This document shows, piece after piece, positions 23,940-36,661 of a DNA stretch of 64,000 nt (its first letter is position 1; the number at the start of each line of letters is the position of its first letter). A program made the translations under genes and the position numbers. The notes beneath the pieces were generated by a model that did no database searches, was not told the DNA's origin, and worked only from the letters and a program-made list of their open reading frames with translations. The stretch is from Fistulifera solaris (taxonomy: Eukaryota), in the NCBI GenBank assembly GCA_030295235.1, contig AP026128.1:1240001-1304000 (forward strand), given 5' to 3'.

Positions 23940-25055
23940 CTACTCGTCGTCACTGTCAGCTTCATTATCGTTTTGTTGCTCACGGCTATTTTCGCCTTCA
24001 TTATCTTGCGTAACTGAATCATCCGTCTCTCTCGTTTCCTCCCATGCGTATTCTTGACGCTGAACAACAAAGGGCGCCTTCCAAACCCCAAGTCGTTGTA
24101 TTGATCCATCGACACTCGTAAAAAGAGGTGCAGAAAGTTCTTTTGTCGTTTCGCTATCGAACCACGTAGCATTGAGACGACTGGTCATCATGTATTGGAT
24201 ACCCGACTCCTGAATATGGTAAAGAAACGCGCTTCGAGTCTGAGCAGAAGTGAACGACAAATCGCCAAGCCATATGAGATCTGCTGGAGGTGGAACGGTA
24301 CACGTCAAATCAAATTTTTGAAAGTGAATGTGTTCATTGCCGAAGCATGTTTGCAGCTTTCCCATCTCATCGGAAGCCCCAACGGTAAAGTATTGTACCC
24401 AGAATGGAAACTTATTCCAATCATCAGAGATAGCATCATGATTGTCTGTATATCGAATAATACTTTTAATGTTCAAGTCATTCAAAGCCTTTGGCAGAAT
24501 TTCTCGTAGTGCACTAGTCAAAGATGGATTCGCCCGATCCGTGATTGTACAGTTTGAACGAATAGCTGACGGAACGTTGACATCCGTGGTGTTTGTGGAT
24601 TGACAGGCATATTTGGGAGATTGACGTGTACAAGAGAAAAAGATGGCAGGGTTGGTCGATAGATCCGAACACCGGATCGCAGGTTCGTCGTTGGAATTAG
24701 AAAATTCTGCAGAATTTTCATCATCATTGACGGCATTTCGGAGTCATGAGATTCATGACGCTCGATCTCCTGCCCGGTTTGAACCTGATGTTCCTCGACT
24801 TGATTACTCGAAATGATAAAGTCGTTCATATCCTTCAAAAGGAGTATTCTGTCCCTATGGTACGAAGCACTATCACACCGATGATCACGTAAACAACACA
24901 TTGTCGCCTTCTTCGCGCTGAAGCGGTAGCAGCTGGTGATTGCGGAACTCGTCGAAGGCGAGGCATGCTCAAAAGTATTCAGATTAGATTACGAATGCAC
25001 AAACTAATGGTAAAACTCGTCTCAGACTTAATGCTTGATGGTTGTTTGTTGACAT
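23940..25055 (-). CDS. Hypothetical protein, possibly a type II membrane protein with a degenerate methyltransferase-like domain; frameshifted
   Basis: Putative start MSTNNHQALSLRRVLPLVCAFV at 25055 with a broken frame upstream of ORF 23940-24521 (FQKFDLTCTVPPPADLIW...FLYHIQESGIQYMMTS). Confidence 0.45.
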
Positions 25056-25336
25056 GAAACTCGAAAGAAAGTCATCTTGTCATTTTATACACATAAATCT
25101 GAAAAGTCATTGCGTCGCATCACGATTGATGATGGAAGGGCTTTGGTTCGCGACTGAAATCCAGTCATGGTATTGACAAACACATCACATTACATGGTAA
25201 CCCCGTAAAAATGTGCAGAACTCCGAAAAACCATAGCATGAATTGTAGGTCTAGCTATTTAGTTAATAAGTTGTAGAAAACTAAGGTGAAATAGTGATTT
25301 TAGCTACTTAAATGGCAGATCGTCTCATTGACAAGC

Positions 25337-26380
25337 TTACACTTCTACATTGATGCATTCGGCCGTCTTGCTGAATCGTTTCAAGATTCCGGCAGTAACT
25401 TTGCCCGGTCCCAGTTCGTAAGCTTTCTCGAATCCCTTGCTCAACATCAAATCCATAGTGTTCTCCCACAAAACAGGCGAGGTGACTTGTGTCGCCAATA
25501 GCTTCTTGATAGTGTCGGGGTCCGAGTGGGGCTTGGCATCGACGTTGGAGATGACTGGAATGCGTGGCTTATTGACGGTGACTTCCCCAAGGATATCCTC
25601 GAGTGATTTAACGGCAGGCTGCATGAAGGATGTGTGGAAGGCCCCAGCCACGGCAAGTTTGACGGTCATGCGAGCACCAAAGTCCGGCTTGGCAATTTCG
25701 GCGACCGTGTCGCATGCTTTGGAAGTACCCGACACAGCGTAGTTTCCATTGCACAAGTAGTTGGCAATCTGAATGGATTCGCCACCACTCTTCTCAACAG
25801 CGGCAGCACAAAGCTCCTTGACCTTGTCGGACGCCAACCCGATGACCGAAACCATACCCGTGTCCACGGCATCCGAAGCGGCTTGCATGGCTTCACCACG
25901 AGCCTTGGTAATTTTGACTCCATCTTCAAAGGAAATGGCTCCAGCAAAGCACAGAGCACTGTACTCTCCTAGACTGAGACCCATGGCGCAAGTCGCCGAC
26001 GCGGCGGCTTCTGGATCTTCCTGCTTGAGTTTTTCGACCGCCGCCATGGAAGCGACAAAGATAGCGGGCTGACTGACGACAGTTGAATCTAATTTTTCCT
26101 TGGGTCCTGCCGTGCAGACTTCTAGTAAATCGTAACCCAAGATTTCACTGGCTGTTTCGAATAATTTGGCGGCGGCGGGGACTTCTTTGACCGTCTCCGC
26201 GCACATGCCGACGAATTGTGCTCCTTGACCCGGGAACATGAAAGCAGTCTTGCTGGTAAAGTCGTCAAAGTCATTATCGGAGGCAGCCAGACTGCTAAAC
26301 GAGCGAGTGGAATGACGCAAAGCAGACGGCACAAAGGCGCGTGCAGTGGTTGCTAGAAACAATAGCATGGAAATTCTCAT
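25337..26380 (-). CDS. fabD: Malonyl-CoA:ACP transacylase, plastid-targeted
   Basis: MRISMLLFLATTARA-FVP presequence; FPGQGAQ, SQPAIF, GLSLGEY, LAVAGAFH, ELGPG. Confidence 0.95.
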   Translation of the reverse strand: MRISMLLFLATTARAFVPSALRHSTRSFSSLAASDNDFDDFTSKTAFMFPGQGAQFVGMCAETVKEVPAAAKLFETASEILGYDLLEVCTAGPKEKLDSTVVSQPAIFVASMAAVEKLKQEDPEAAASATCAMGLSLGEYSALCFAGAISFEDGVKITKARGEAMQAASDAVDTGMVSVIGLASDKVKELCAAAVEKSGGESIQIANYLCNGNYAVSGTSKACDTVAEIAKPDFGARMTVKLAVAGAFHTSFMQPAVKSLEDILGEVTVNKPRIPVISNVDAKPHSDPDTIKKLLATQVTSPVLWENTMDLMLSKGFEKAYELGPGKVTAGILKRFSKTAECINVEV

Positions 26381-26775
26381 TTTGTTTTTGTGATGAAAGA
26401 TACTATGTATGCAACAACCAAGGTGAGTGAATGTCGGTGTATAACAATGCGAATGAAGAATTTTGTGTGTAAATTCATTCTTACCTACAACCAAACCAAT
26501 TCAAATGAACGACGACAACAAAACGACGACGTCTCGGATTTTCGAATGAAGAAAATGATCCGTTTTGCTCACAATCAAGAAAGCGGACTGACCGTCGCAC
26601 ACGTCGTCATACGTCACTCATTTCACTTCGTCGATGTCACCCGCGTGATTGACGTTTTCCGTTCACGTCTGTCCTATTCATGAGGGATGCTAGACTCAAA
26701 CTAGACGAGCTCTACCTTTACTTGCAATTCTTTCAATCTAATTATATATAATAAAACTATTTATATTATTCAAGT

Positions 26776-28465
26776 CTACTCTTTCTTCTCTTTCTGAGCG
26801 TCCAAGAGCACTCCTACCGCTTGTTGAATGCGCTGAAACATAGCTTTCAGCTGTTGAAACTTGGTGGCCCCGACAATCAAAAGAAAGCATGTGACCACGG
26901 TCCATGTATGGTGCAAGGCTTCGGAAGTCGCACGGCAAACGGTGTGGCTACAGGTAGCGTCGGTGAACCAGCGGAGTACATAGGCGAATGCTGCGACAAG
27001 ACCAGGAATGACATATCTGTTGTCAACAAGCAGCAAATGTGAGTTGAAGATATCCATGCAACGTCATTCATTCAAACACCCAAGGCACTTACACTTCGAG
27101 ACCGAGCAATGGGTTTCTGCCATTGTTTAACGATTCGTACACAGTGAATTGCTCCGACAATTCTTCTTCCAAACGATTTTTCGCCTCCAAAATCTTTTGT
27201 TTATTACCAAAGTTTGCTTTCTCTTGAAACGCCTTGATAGACTGCTTTCGAAGCAGCTCGTGCTGTTCTTGCAATTCCTGTGGAGGCACGTAGTTCGTGC
27301 AATGGGGACCGGCGGTGCGGTCCATTCCCTGTGTGTACACCTGCATCGCGGTTAACTTGGCATTGGTGGTATTGGCCGTTGCCGTGGCATCGAGAAGAGT
27401 CGCTGCTTGTGGGAATTTCGCTCCTTGAGCAAAGAGTCCGGCGTACGCTTTGCAATAGTTTCCAAACTCCGTGACGGTGATAGTCTGTCCATGAATTTGC
27501 TTGCACGGCACGGCATCAAACACGCGAGTGCAGTAGCGATCCAACAATCGTAGAAACAGCGGTTCCATATCGGATGCTTGGCCAGCAAACTTCTTCTTGG
27601 TCACAGCAAAGCCAGGATGGCACAATCCATAACACTGAATGTTTTGAAATGTGTTGAGAATCTGCTCACGTGTTTCCTGCAAATCTTTCACATCGCGTTC
27701 TCGAATGACTTGATCCAAATACTCTTTCATGCTTTCTTCCATTCGATCCACATTATCTTCTTCCTCCTCGTCGTAATGTTGCCAATCACGGACCAAGAAC
27801 TCGAGCATTTGAAACGGCGCCGTTTCACTTTGATCCTCCATAGCGGTAACGGCATATTCCGAAAAGAGCGCGAGTTGCTGCAAGTTATCTTCTTGGATGC
27901 GTTTGTCAACATTGTAGACTTGATAACTGGAAAGCAAGGTCGAGAATCCAAAAATACAAGCCGTCAAATTCATACTGGTTTCGTGATCGAACATGCCTTG
28001 CGTGTCGACGAGAAAGAGAACCGATTCGTCCTTCTCATCCACTACTGGAGTATTCCACATCCAGATACCCGTCGTATCACGTTCTTTCCCAGCTTGCCAA
28101 TGAAAGACGCCCTCCTGTAACTCGTCGACTTGTTCGTACCATTTCTTATTGTCAGAAGACGAAGTGCGATTGATGTAACGGAGGAACCACGACAACAAGA
28201 AACTTTTGCCCGTTCGAAAGGCGCCGACTACAGACACAACTTTGACTTTGTAATGCGAAGGCACTTTCGCCAGAATGGCTTGCAATCGCTCTGGATGAAA
28301 TCGAAACGCATAACCCGTTGTTTCCGTTCCGATGGAAACAATATTCACCGCGTGAGGCGCATCTTCGTCGGACTTGGGTAATTCCTTTTCGAGAGTCGTA
28401 GCTGTTCCGTCTTCATGTTCGACGAGAACAACGCTCTCTTCCGACGATGATGGTGATAACGTCAT
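26776..28465 (-). CDS. ATL: Atlastin-like ER fusion GTPase (GBP family), 2 exons
   Basis: GAFRTGKS P-loop, RDTTGIW, VDTQG, FLVRDW. Intron 27017-27092 joins to an exon with two TM segments (YVIPGLVAAFAYVL; WTVVTCFLLIV). Confidence 0.88.
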
Positions 28466-28709
28466 ATTTGTGTTGCGCTACGATTGTTTCGATTGTAATA
28501 TTAGTGATAATGATGAAGGTATTCGAATATGAAAGCGGAACAATGGCGATGACACACTCTGCCTGCTGTGACCGCAGTGATGATGTTTGTCATTGTCGCT
28601 GCGTTTTCTTCGTGTTTATGAATGGTCTGAAAATCGGTGTGATTGTTGTCAATTACAGTAGACTACTGTACTTTACCAGGTGCAGTAACCAGAAAATCTC
28701 GGGTGTGCT

Positions 28710-29175
28710 AAATCATGACTGAAAATGCAGTCGTGGTCTCCGAAACCATCACTTTGGGTCCATAGTAAATCCGAAAGACAACCTTTCGCAAATCCCTTCG
28801 ACGTGCGTCAAATGACGTGCAATACAAACGCTGATAAAGCCTACTGCATTGCAACAACGACAAAATAAGCTTAACATGTATGCTGAACGAGCGCGTTTGT
28901 AGGCCGTATTGTCGTTCAAAAGAATATTGATTGTGAAATACGGACAACACTTCGGTCCATAGTAAAAACGAAAGGCAACATTTCGCAAGCCTCTTCGACG
29001 TCAAGTAAAATGACGCGTAAAGCGAACTTTGCTAACGCGTATCTAATCGCAACTTCGACAAGTAAGGCAAGGATAATCTGCTGAAGAAGGAGCATTGTCG
29101 CTCGAAAGAGTATTTACTCATGTACTGAAGTGCAGTCATCGTGGAGAAATACGGACAACACTTTCGGCCATAGTA
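28710..29175. repeat. Degenerate ~200-bp tandem repeat in the divergent atlastin/ICMT intergenic region
   Basis: GGTCCATAGTAAA...CGAAAG.CAAC.TTTCGCAA..C.CTTCGACGT at ~28757 and ~28954; AAATACGGACAACACTT..G..CATAGTA at ~28936 and ~29147. Confidence 0.75.
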
Positions 29176-29381
29176 GATACAGATGTGCTCATTTTGAAGC
29201 AGACGGAAACCCTGGACTGCTGCGTGAGGTACTTGTACGGTGTGAAACTGAAACTGTTTCTCCACTTTTCGCAACAACAACAACAACAACGCCGAATGTA
29301 TGCTTGTAGAATAACAAGCTCAATAAACCATTCATATAGTCTCGCTCTTCATCGAAGGCGCGACTTTACTCTCAGAAAAGA

Positions 29382-30341
29382 ATGAACAGCTATCCATTTC
29401 GAAACGTGATACAACCCCTTCAACGGCGCCTTGATTTTCAGAATTGGCAAGATTATCCGCAATTTGCATCGGTTCAGGTCGGTCAAGTCCTTTTACTGGT
29501 CAATCTGACACTCGTTTATTATGTAATCTGACACCGAATCGATTCTGTTACTATGTAGTCCCTCGGCCGAGTGGCGCTGATTGCTACCATTCTCGGCATA
29601 CTTTGGGGTATCCATGCCGTCATGTGTGTGCAACGCATATGGGGCTATGTCATGTACGGCTCCAGTTCTCTCATGCTATGGCAGTGGTCATCTTATATGC
29701 TATGTTTAACAACGTTTCATTTACTCGAATTCTTTGTCACGGCACTCTACAATCATCCCTCCGCTCTCTCGGCCGATTCCTTTCTCGTCAACCACTCGGC
29801 GGCCTATACTGCCGCTGCATTGACTTCTTGGACCGAATTCGCTCTACATCCTATCTTACCTTGGTCAAATCGCTTTTCGGTGAGCTGTGTTGGGTTACTG
29901 GTTCTTGGCATTGGGCAAATACTACGTTCCCTGGCGATGAAAACCGCGGCCAGTTCCTTTCATCATATGATTCAAATTCAACCACATCACACACTAGTGA
30001 CAACGGGAATTTACAAATATTTTCGACACGGATCATATGCCGGATTCTATTACTGGTGTTGTGGGACACAACTTCTACTGGGGAATTACTTGCATACGAT
30101 AGCGTTTGCGATTGTCTGTTGGTCATTCTTTTCGAAGCGAATACCTTACGAAGAAGAATTACTGTGTCGCGAATATCCACATGAGTATCCCAACTACTGC
30201 GCGAAAACATGGATAGGGATTCCTTTCATTCGTAGCTTTGGCTTGGAAGAGTATCACAGGAAGAGCGTGAGTCGTCGCCGGGGAAAGGCAATCCGGCAGC
30301 CTCCTCCAAAGCAAATGTCACTCCCAAGAGTAATTAATTAA
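29382..30341 (+). CDS. ICMT: Protein-S-isoprenylcysteine O-methyltransferase, 2 exons
   Basis: FHLLEFF, DSFLVNHS, HTLVTTGIYKYFRHGSYAGF, RIPYEEELL. ATG at 29382 with in-frame intron 29478-29558. Confidence 0.92.
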
Positions 30342-30685
30342 ACACTTTATTTTCCATATGCTCTATTCACAACTATGGTGACAAAAAGCCGATGAATAAA
30401 GAGAATCACCTCAGTGTCACCGAATAATTTGATTCAACTAAGATAGGAATGACGAACCTTTTTCGGTCCCGCCTGGTGAGACCCGAAACGATGTCAAGAT
30501 GTACTTATTGCTGCTATACTTGACGTCAGCCAAGACATACAGTACTGTACTTGGAGGGGGGAATTGAGAATTTTTTCGCCACAAAACTCGCGCGTCTGCA
30601 GAACACGCATCTTTTCCGACTTCTATTTCAAGCCATGACAAATAACATCACAGAAGAACCGAAGAAAAGCAAACCAAATCAGTTC

Positions 30686-33085
30686 ATGGCGCTTAATTTA
30701 GATTTAATCTAATAAGCAGACCTCTTGCGGAAGAAGGCAGTCGACGAAGAAGAGAGAAAGAAGAGCGACAGCATCGTGCAATGATGGGAAGCGGGTGCTC
30801 GAGTCATTCCGAAACGAATCACCATCATTCTATGAATCGAAGTGCGCGGGGTCGCGCTGCGGTAAGTCGTATCACATCGTTTTCTTTCGCTTCGTATCCT
30901 ATCGCAGAAGTGATCTCATAATGTTGTTTCACCAGCAGTTGGCAAATGGAGCTGATGACGATGAAACAATGCAGTGGCACAGTTCAAAACGACATGCTGT
31001 AGTTCATGAGGTAAGATGTGATATGCTAAGCGGCGTGTCATAACACTAAAGTTCTTCTTATACGACCACTTCTGCTTCTAAGGTCCCGAACGAATGGATT
31101 GCGTCTCTCTTCCCCGCTACGCACAACTTTATCGATCACGGAGACGGTACGGCTTCACCAAAATCACTTGCTACATTAGCGGCAGAAGCCGTGTGTCGTA
31201 ATCTAGCCACGAACACTGCTCCTCTGCCAGGCCCGCTTCCGCCGGATGTGGTAGAGGAACTCACGAACACACTGCGAATGGCACTCGCGTACAACTCAAC
31301 TACATTAGAAGCGTTGCAAGACAGTGAATGGATGCAGTTAGACCTGTCACAGGTGCGGAACTCGGTGACCGATGAATGGATTCATCGTTTCTTGGGAGGG
31401 CGGATCAAGCGCTCTAGCCAAGATACGTCACCGACGACTGCTTATCTGAAACATTTGGATTTGAGCGGCTCGCAGATCACGGACGAAGGCCTTCTCGCAA
31501 TGGGGAGGATGGTATTTCTAGAAACTGTCGTGCTAGATCAGTGCCATTATCTCATGGGGAGCGAGGACAGCAAAGCTTTTCATGTGTTCGCCAGTCCGCG
31601 TTTGCAGTCTGTGTCACTCCAAGATTGTCGTCGTCTGGAGGATGCTGCTGTGCTAGCTTTGTCACTGTATGGTCGCGACAGCTTGCGAGATTTAAATCTC
31701 TCTGGATGCCGATGCTTGACCGATCAGTCCTTAGTTGCGTGTGGTACTATGTGGCAGCTGGAATCGCTGCAATTAGAAGCATGTGATATGATCACAGACG
31801 CCGGATTGGAACATTTACAGCATTTGGAACTGGTCGAACTGAATTTGGGTTGGTGTACAAAGATATCGGATCGCGGCATGGAACTTTTGCTCCAACAGCA
31901 CATGCCGCTACAGCGTTTGCGACTAGCCCGCTGTCGTATGCTGAAACAGCCCGAATGGCTTTACTTGATTTGTAATACTTTAAGTGACTTGGACTTGACA
32001 GGGTGTTTACAGCTTTCGAGCACATCGTTGGGGAAAGCATTGCAAGGGTTGCCTCATTTGCTTCACCTAGATGTCTCTCATATTCCGGGAATCATGTAAG
32101 TCTTTATAGCTAGTGAATTGCGAGGTTCTTTTCTCACATCTCATCTTGTTGCAGCCGTTCTGGTTGGCAAGGAAGGGTTCCGAAGCTACAAACTTTGGTG
32201 TTAAGCTATTCGGCGGTTCGTGACTCTCATTTAACAGAATGGTCAGACTTCCGTGAGCTAGTCGAATTAAATCTGGAGTCCTGCTCCAACGTAAGCGACA
32301 GTTCCTTACGACATTTGATATCAGCGGCTCCGAACTTGCAACGACTTGTTGTGGCAGATTGCGCTATTAGTGACGCTGGAATGGTCCATATTGCTAAATT
32401 CAAGCAAATGACGCATCTTGATTTGTTTTATTGCCAGATTTCGAATCGCGGCTTAAGATGCTTGTCGGAATTGGCTGATTTGCAAGTGCTGAGTATCGAC
32501 AGCAGGGACGTAACAGATTCCGGACTGGTATATCTTCAAAATTTTAAGCAATTGGTCCAGTTGGACTTGTTCTCCGGTCACGTCACAGATCGAGGTTGCC
32601 AATATTTGTCTCATCTGACAAGCCTAGAGTCACTCGCACTCTGCGGCGGAGGCATAGGCGACGCGGGCTGCGAATACCTTTCCCGACTCACTCGGTTACA
32701 ACATTTGAATTTATCGGAAAATGAGGATATAACTGAGCAAGGCATTGCTCATTTCAAAAGCCTGTCGCAGCTACGATCTTTGAATATAAGTCAGACTTCC
32801 GTCACCTCGGTCATGCCATTGTCTTCTTTGAAGCAATTGCAGTCTTTGTGTGTATATGGCTGTCGTGGTATGGCAGATCTTCACTCTCTCGAAACGAAAC
32901 TCCCCCAATTGCGTTGCTTGCGGTATTCAAACACTACCCCGGAAGAGGGCATGATGTTAGTCGATCCGGACGATTGCAAAGAAGATTATTCGGATGACGA
33001 TGACGATATACTGCTCGATGATGGGGAAGATGATGAGTATTCCGATCATGATGCCCCGGTGGGATTCCAAAGAAGAGACCTTTGA
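30686..33085 (+). CDS. Leucine-rich-repeat protein (cysteine-containing LRRs, FBXL14-like), multi-exon
   Basis: Many LxxLxLxxCxxITDxG repeats in ORFs 31191-32099 and 32195-33085. GT-AG introns at 30862-~30935, 31011-31082 and 32096-32154. The start is uncertain: 30686 needs a 1-base correction, or 30782. Confidence 0.85.
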
Positions 33086-33192
33086 TTAAATCATCATAAT
33101 TTATGGTAATAATGTTTATATGACAGGTGCCAGGTACATGATTAGTACGGTGCGTAAGAGAACTTTACAATAATCGGTAATCATCTTTTGCA

Positions 33193-33951
33193 TTACACTT
33201 GAAAATGAGAACTCCCCGAGTTTGTCAAGCCACCTCGCGATCGTTTCTGACGGCGCAAGCTAACTGCTCCATGACCTGCTAATCCGCTTGCCGCGACTTC
33301 GAGCAAAGCGTCCGCACTCGTCATTGACGTAGAAAGTTCGTATTGTTTCCAGTACTGCTTATCGTGCTCTTTGACGTTCTCAGTATAATTCGCTTGTTGC
33401 GCCAGCGCTTCTTGCGCCTTGCCAGTCATTGTTCTCCAGTAACGCACTTGTTCAAGCAATGATTTTACATCCGGAACATCTCTACTCAATCGACATTCAG
33501 TCCAGTACAACGCTTGAGTCTTCTGACAGAGTTGACCGCCAATGGCTCCCACATACAGCAGTGATATCAAAATAGGCTCAACATCTTCCATCTCGAGAGC
33601 CTCTCGCACAGTCGAATAAGGCAATGAGACCTTACTGTGCGGTAAAAGTGATAGCACCGTCAATTGTTTCAGTTTATAGGCTTGCGAATCGTTTAATGGC
33701 AGCAATTGAGCCTGATTTTGAACGTAATCTTTCCACACCCCATATGAAAACAACCGCAATGTATTACGGATATCATTCGACGGATTCGCGATTACTTGTA
33801 ACAGTTCATTGTAGCCAGCGAATAAATCAGAATGACTCAGGACCTTTGTCACAATCGCACGCACCGACGCTTCGGGAGCGCCCTTGGCTGCCTCCAAGAA
33901 GGGCTGTATCAATGTCGACGGGTTCGTTTCGCGTTCAATCGGTGACACCAT
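33193..33951 (-). CDS. CSN7: COP9 signalosome subunit 7-like PCI protein
   Basis: LFAGYNELL, TLRLFSYGVWKDY, KLKQLTVLSL, LPYSTV, AIGGQLCQK, SRDV match the CSN7 PCI pattern. Confidence 0.8.
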   Translation of the reverse strand: MVSPIERETNPSTLIQPFLEAAKGAPEASVRAIVTKVLSHSDLFAGYNELLQVIANPSNDIRNTLRLFSYGVWKDYVQNQAQLLPLNDSQAYKLKQLTVLSLLPHSKVSLPYSTVREALEMEDVEPILISLLYVGAIGGQLCQKTQALYWTECRLSRDVPDVKSLLEQVRYWRTMTGKAQEALAQQANYTENVKEHDKQYWKQYELSTSMTSADALLEVAASGLAGHGAVSLRRQKRSRGGLTNSGSSHFQV

Positions 33952-34606
33952 CTTATTTCTATTTTTTTAGTCAAAATGACGGGAGATTATATAGTTGTGA
34001 AAGCAAAGAGAATGAAAATCCGCAAATAAAACAAATAAGGTTACCTGGTAAAAACAATAACGGTAACAAGTTTACGAATAAAGTGCGAAAGGTGTCGTTG
34101 TTGAAAATGTTCCACATCCGGGTGCACCTGCAGAGATAAATTTCCTACGGTGGCTACGTGAAACGCGTGTAGACTTTCGACGCATCGCAACCTTGCACAT
34201 GATGGCGTTTCGGTAAAAGAGGACATCACTCATGGCTTGTTGGGATTGGTATTTCGTATGATGGCAATAGGAAACTCGATGAGAAAGGTCAATGATAATA
34301 ATTTTTTTCTTTCTTTTCATAGACCTAGCTAAAGTCGGCAGCCACCCATCGATCTTTGTGTCGCACAGGTCATACTATTTAAGAAGTTCAGAAACTCTTA
34401 CTTAAGTGAAGTCTTTCCGTTGAGAAGTTTCTGGCGAACTTCAGATTTTCTATGGCTACTTGCTTCGAAATAGTTATTTTCTACTTAAAGGACGAAAGAA
34501 GCACCCGCACCCAGCATCTTTGCCTTCCGCCGCACCGTAATATATAACCACCCGCCCTGTCTTTTCTCGTTCCTTTCATTCCTATTGCTATGGCAGCCAT
34601 TTCAAC

Positions 34607-36661
34607 ATGATCCGCGCTGGAACAATCCAGGAACCATTCGAAAGCTCGCGTGAGCTTTCAAGACGGTATCGCAACAGGAGAAGCGCTTATGCGCGCCAGC
34701 GAGCGAAGTGGGAACATGGTCATAATCAACACTTTATCTTCTCGGATACTTTCAACAGCAAGGATGATTCTTTTCATTCAAGTCACTCTGCTATTCCAAG
34801 AAAACTTCCCTTTTCCTCACCATGGAAATATAGAAAACTGAGTGGCGATGATACGGTCTCTTTAATCAATTCTTCGATGGAAAGTGACGACATGGCTTGG
34901 TCGGGAATGTCGACAAATCATCATCGTATCTTGCCGGAGGCACTTGATTTTCATGACAGTGCGAACAAGCAAGGCAAGATGGCAAAGATATGGAGCCTTG
35001 CTTGTCTATTGAATTGTCCTCGACAAAAACGAGTTCCCGCGACTCCATCTTCGCCGAATTTCTACCAGCAGGATCGTAGCTTACCTGTCTACGATGATTC
35101 CGCAATTCTCTCCTTTGATGAAGAACCGTCCCGGATAGAATCGTTTGCGCACTTTGATTTTGAAGCTTTGGAGTTACAACCGCAGATTGCTATGTTCGAT
35201 AGTAATATCTCGCTTTTTGAGAGCGATGTGTTTGAAACGAGCATGTACTCGGAGGATTTGTTCCCAGAATCAAATGAACATCTTCCGAACAGCAGCAACA
35301 GTTCCCAATGCTCAGTCAGCGAGATTGTAAAAGAACAGCACGAGTTTGCACAGATGCTTGAGTTCTGGCGGAAACAAGCGCAAGAAACTGTCGCGACAGA
35401 CGGTAGGGACGAGAGGAAGTCTGAGGAAGTGATGGAGGACAAGGAACATTTATGGAACCAAAATGCTGGCGGCGAGATCTTCATCGGAAACACGCATCAT
35501 CAGCGCGTCGTGGTGAAAGAATTTACAAGTAGTACGCTTCCAGCAGACAATACTACGTGCTGCGAACATGTCAGACGACATTCTTCTCTCGACCACACCC
35601 AACCACCTAGCTCAATGAATGGTGATCACATGAATGTGTCTACAAAGCGAAGCGCTTGTAAAGAGATGGCTGAAGAACAGCTCGCTCATGATGCCACTTC
35701 CGGTAGAACTGCGATTTTGTCGGAATGCGACAACGATACGCTCGAGGACTCTGTGGGTAACGAGATTGCTTGCGAGCAGCACGTGCTGACATCCAATGCG
35801 ATGTCAGCAGATAAAACGCACCAAGCGGCTGAAAATACGGTTGCGTGCAACAATCCTGAAGATGACAACGGGCAAAGCAAAGAAAATAGTACAGAGCTGG
35901 ATAGAAATGGTATTTGTAAACTCTCAAGGAGTCACATCGAAAATCTGATCATGTTCTGGAACAAGTCAGAGCCAAAACGCTTGGGAAAGGCGCGAGGCTC
36001 TGTATCAAACGACGGAGCGAAAGATGATAAGAAACCATTTTCTTCTACAAATAAATTGCAAGCGGAGTTGTTGTTTAGTTTGACCGCTGGTCGCATGCGA
36101 TCAGGCCATCGCCCTGGCCATACTAGTGCCTCAGCACTTCACGAGGAAGATTGGATTTCAAGACTGACAGTTTCTCGAACGCGACAAAGTGGGCATATGC
36201 CAGAAGCCGGTTGCTTGGAAACAGCGTCCACCGCACGCCAGGTTCCTGCTTTGACCCCATCTTCTGAAAGAGACACGCAACAAAAGGAACAACTGCAAAA
36301 AGAACTTCATGAAGAAGAAGCCATAATGTTTTGGAGTCCACGCCTTTTTGACCTTACGAACGCATCTGAGAGTTCAAGCGTCTCTACTGTTCAACGGGAA
36401 GCTTACTCGTTGTCATCAGGGAAAAGCGACTCTACAGTTTCTTGGTTCGGCATGGTCGGCATGGACGCCATAACCGATGACAGTTCGATTCGCAGACGAC
36501 TCAAGAACTACAAAGCCGAAAAGGATCCAGAAGATGCGGATTTCGAAGAAAGTCGACAGCGCATTTCGCCACCATTGATGTTGGAGGAGATTGACAATCT
36601 CGTGACCCAACTTTCGAAGGACTATGTGGAGGCGATTTCTGGTCTTGAGGTTACACGGTAG
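34607..36661 (+). CDS. Ser/Glu-rich hypothetical protein
   Basis: 684-aa uninterrupted ORF with no recognised domain; short xxFW motifs recur (LEFWR, IMFWN, IMFWS). Confidence 0.65.
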   Translation: MIRAGTIQEPFESSRELSRRYRNRRSAYARQRAKWEHGHNQHFIFSDTFNSKDDSFHSSHSAIPRKLPFSSPWKYRKLSGDDTVSLINSSMESDDMAWSGMSTNHHRILPEALDFHDSANKQGKMAKIWSLACLLNCPRQKRVPATPSSPNFYQQDRSLPVYDDSAILSFDEEPSRIESFAHFDFEALELQPQIAMFDSNISLFESDVFETSMYSEDLFPESNEHLPNSSNSSQCSVSEIVKEQHEFAQMLEFWRKQAQETVATDGRDERKSEEVMEDKEHLWNQNAGGEIFIGNTHHQRVVVKEFTSSTLPADNTTCCEHVRRHSSLDHTQPPSSMNGDHMNVSTKRSACKEMAEEQLAHDATSGRTAILSECDNDTLEDSVGNEIACEQHVLTSNAMSADKTHQAAENTVACNNPEDDNGQSKENSTELDRNGICKLSRSHIENLIMFWNKSEPKRLGKARGSVSNDGAKDDKKPFSSTNKLQAELLFSLTAGRMRSGHRPGHTSASALHEEDWISRLTVSRTRQSGHMPEAGCLETASTARQVPALTPSSERDTQQKEQLQKELHEEEAIMFWSPRLFDLTNASESSSVSTVQREAYSLSSGKSDSTVSWFGMVGMDAITDDSSIRRRLKNYKAEKDPEDADFEESRQRISPPLMLEEIDNLVTQLSKDYVEAISGLEVTR

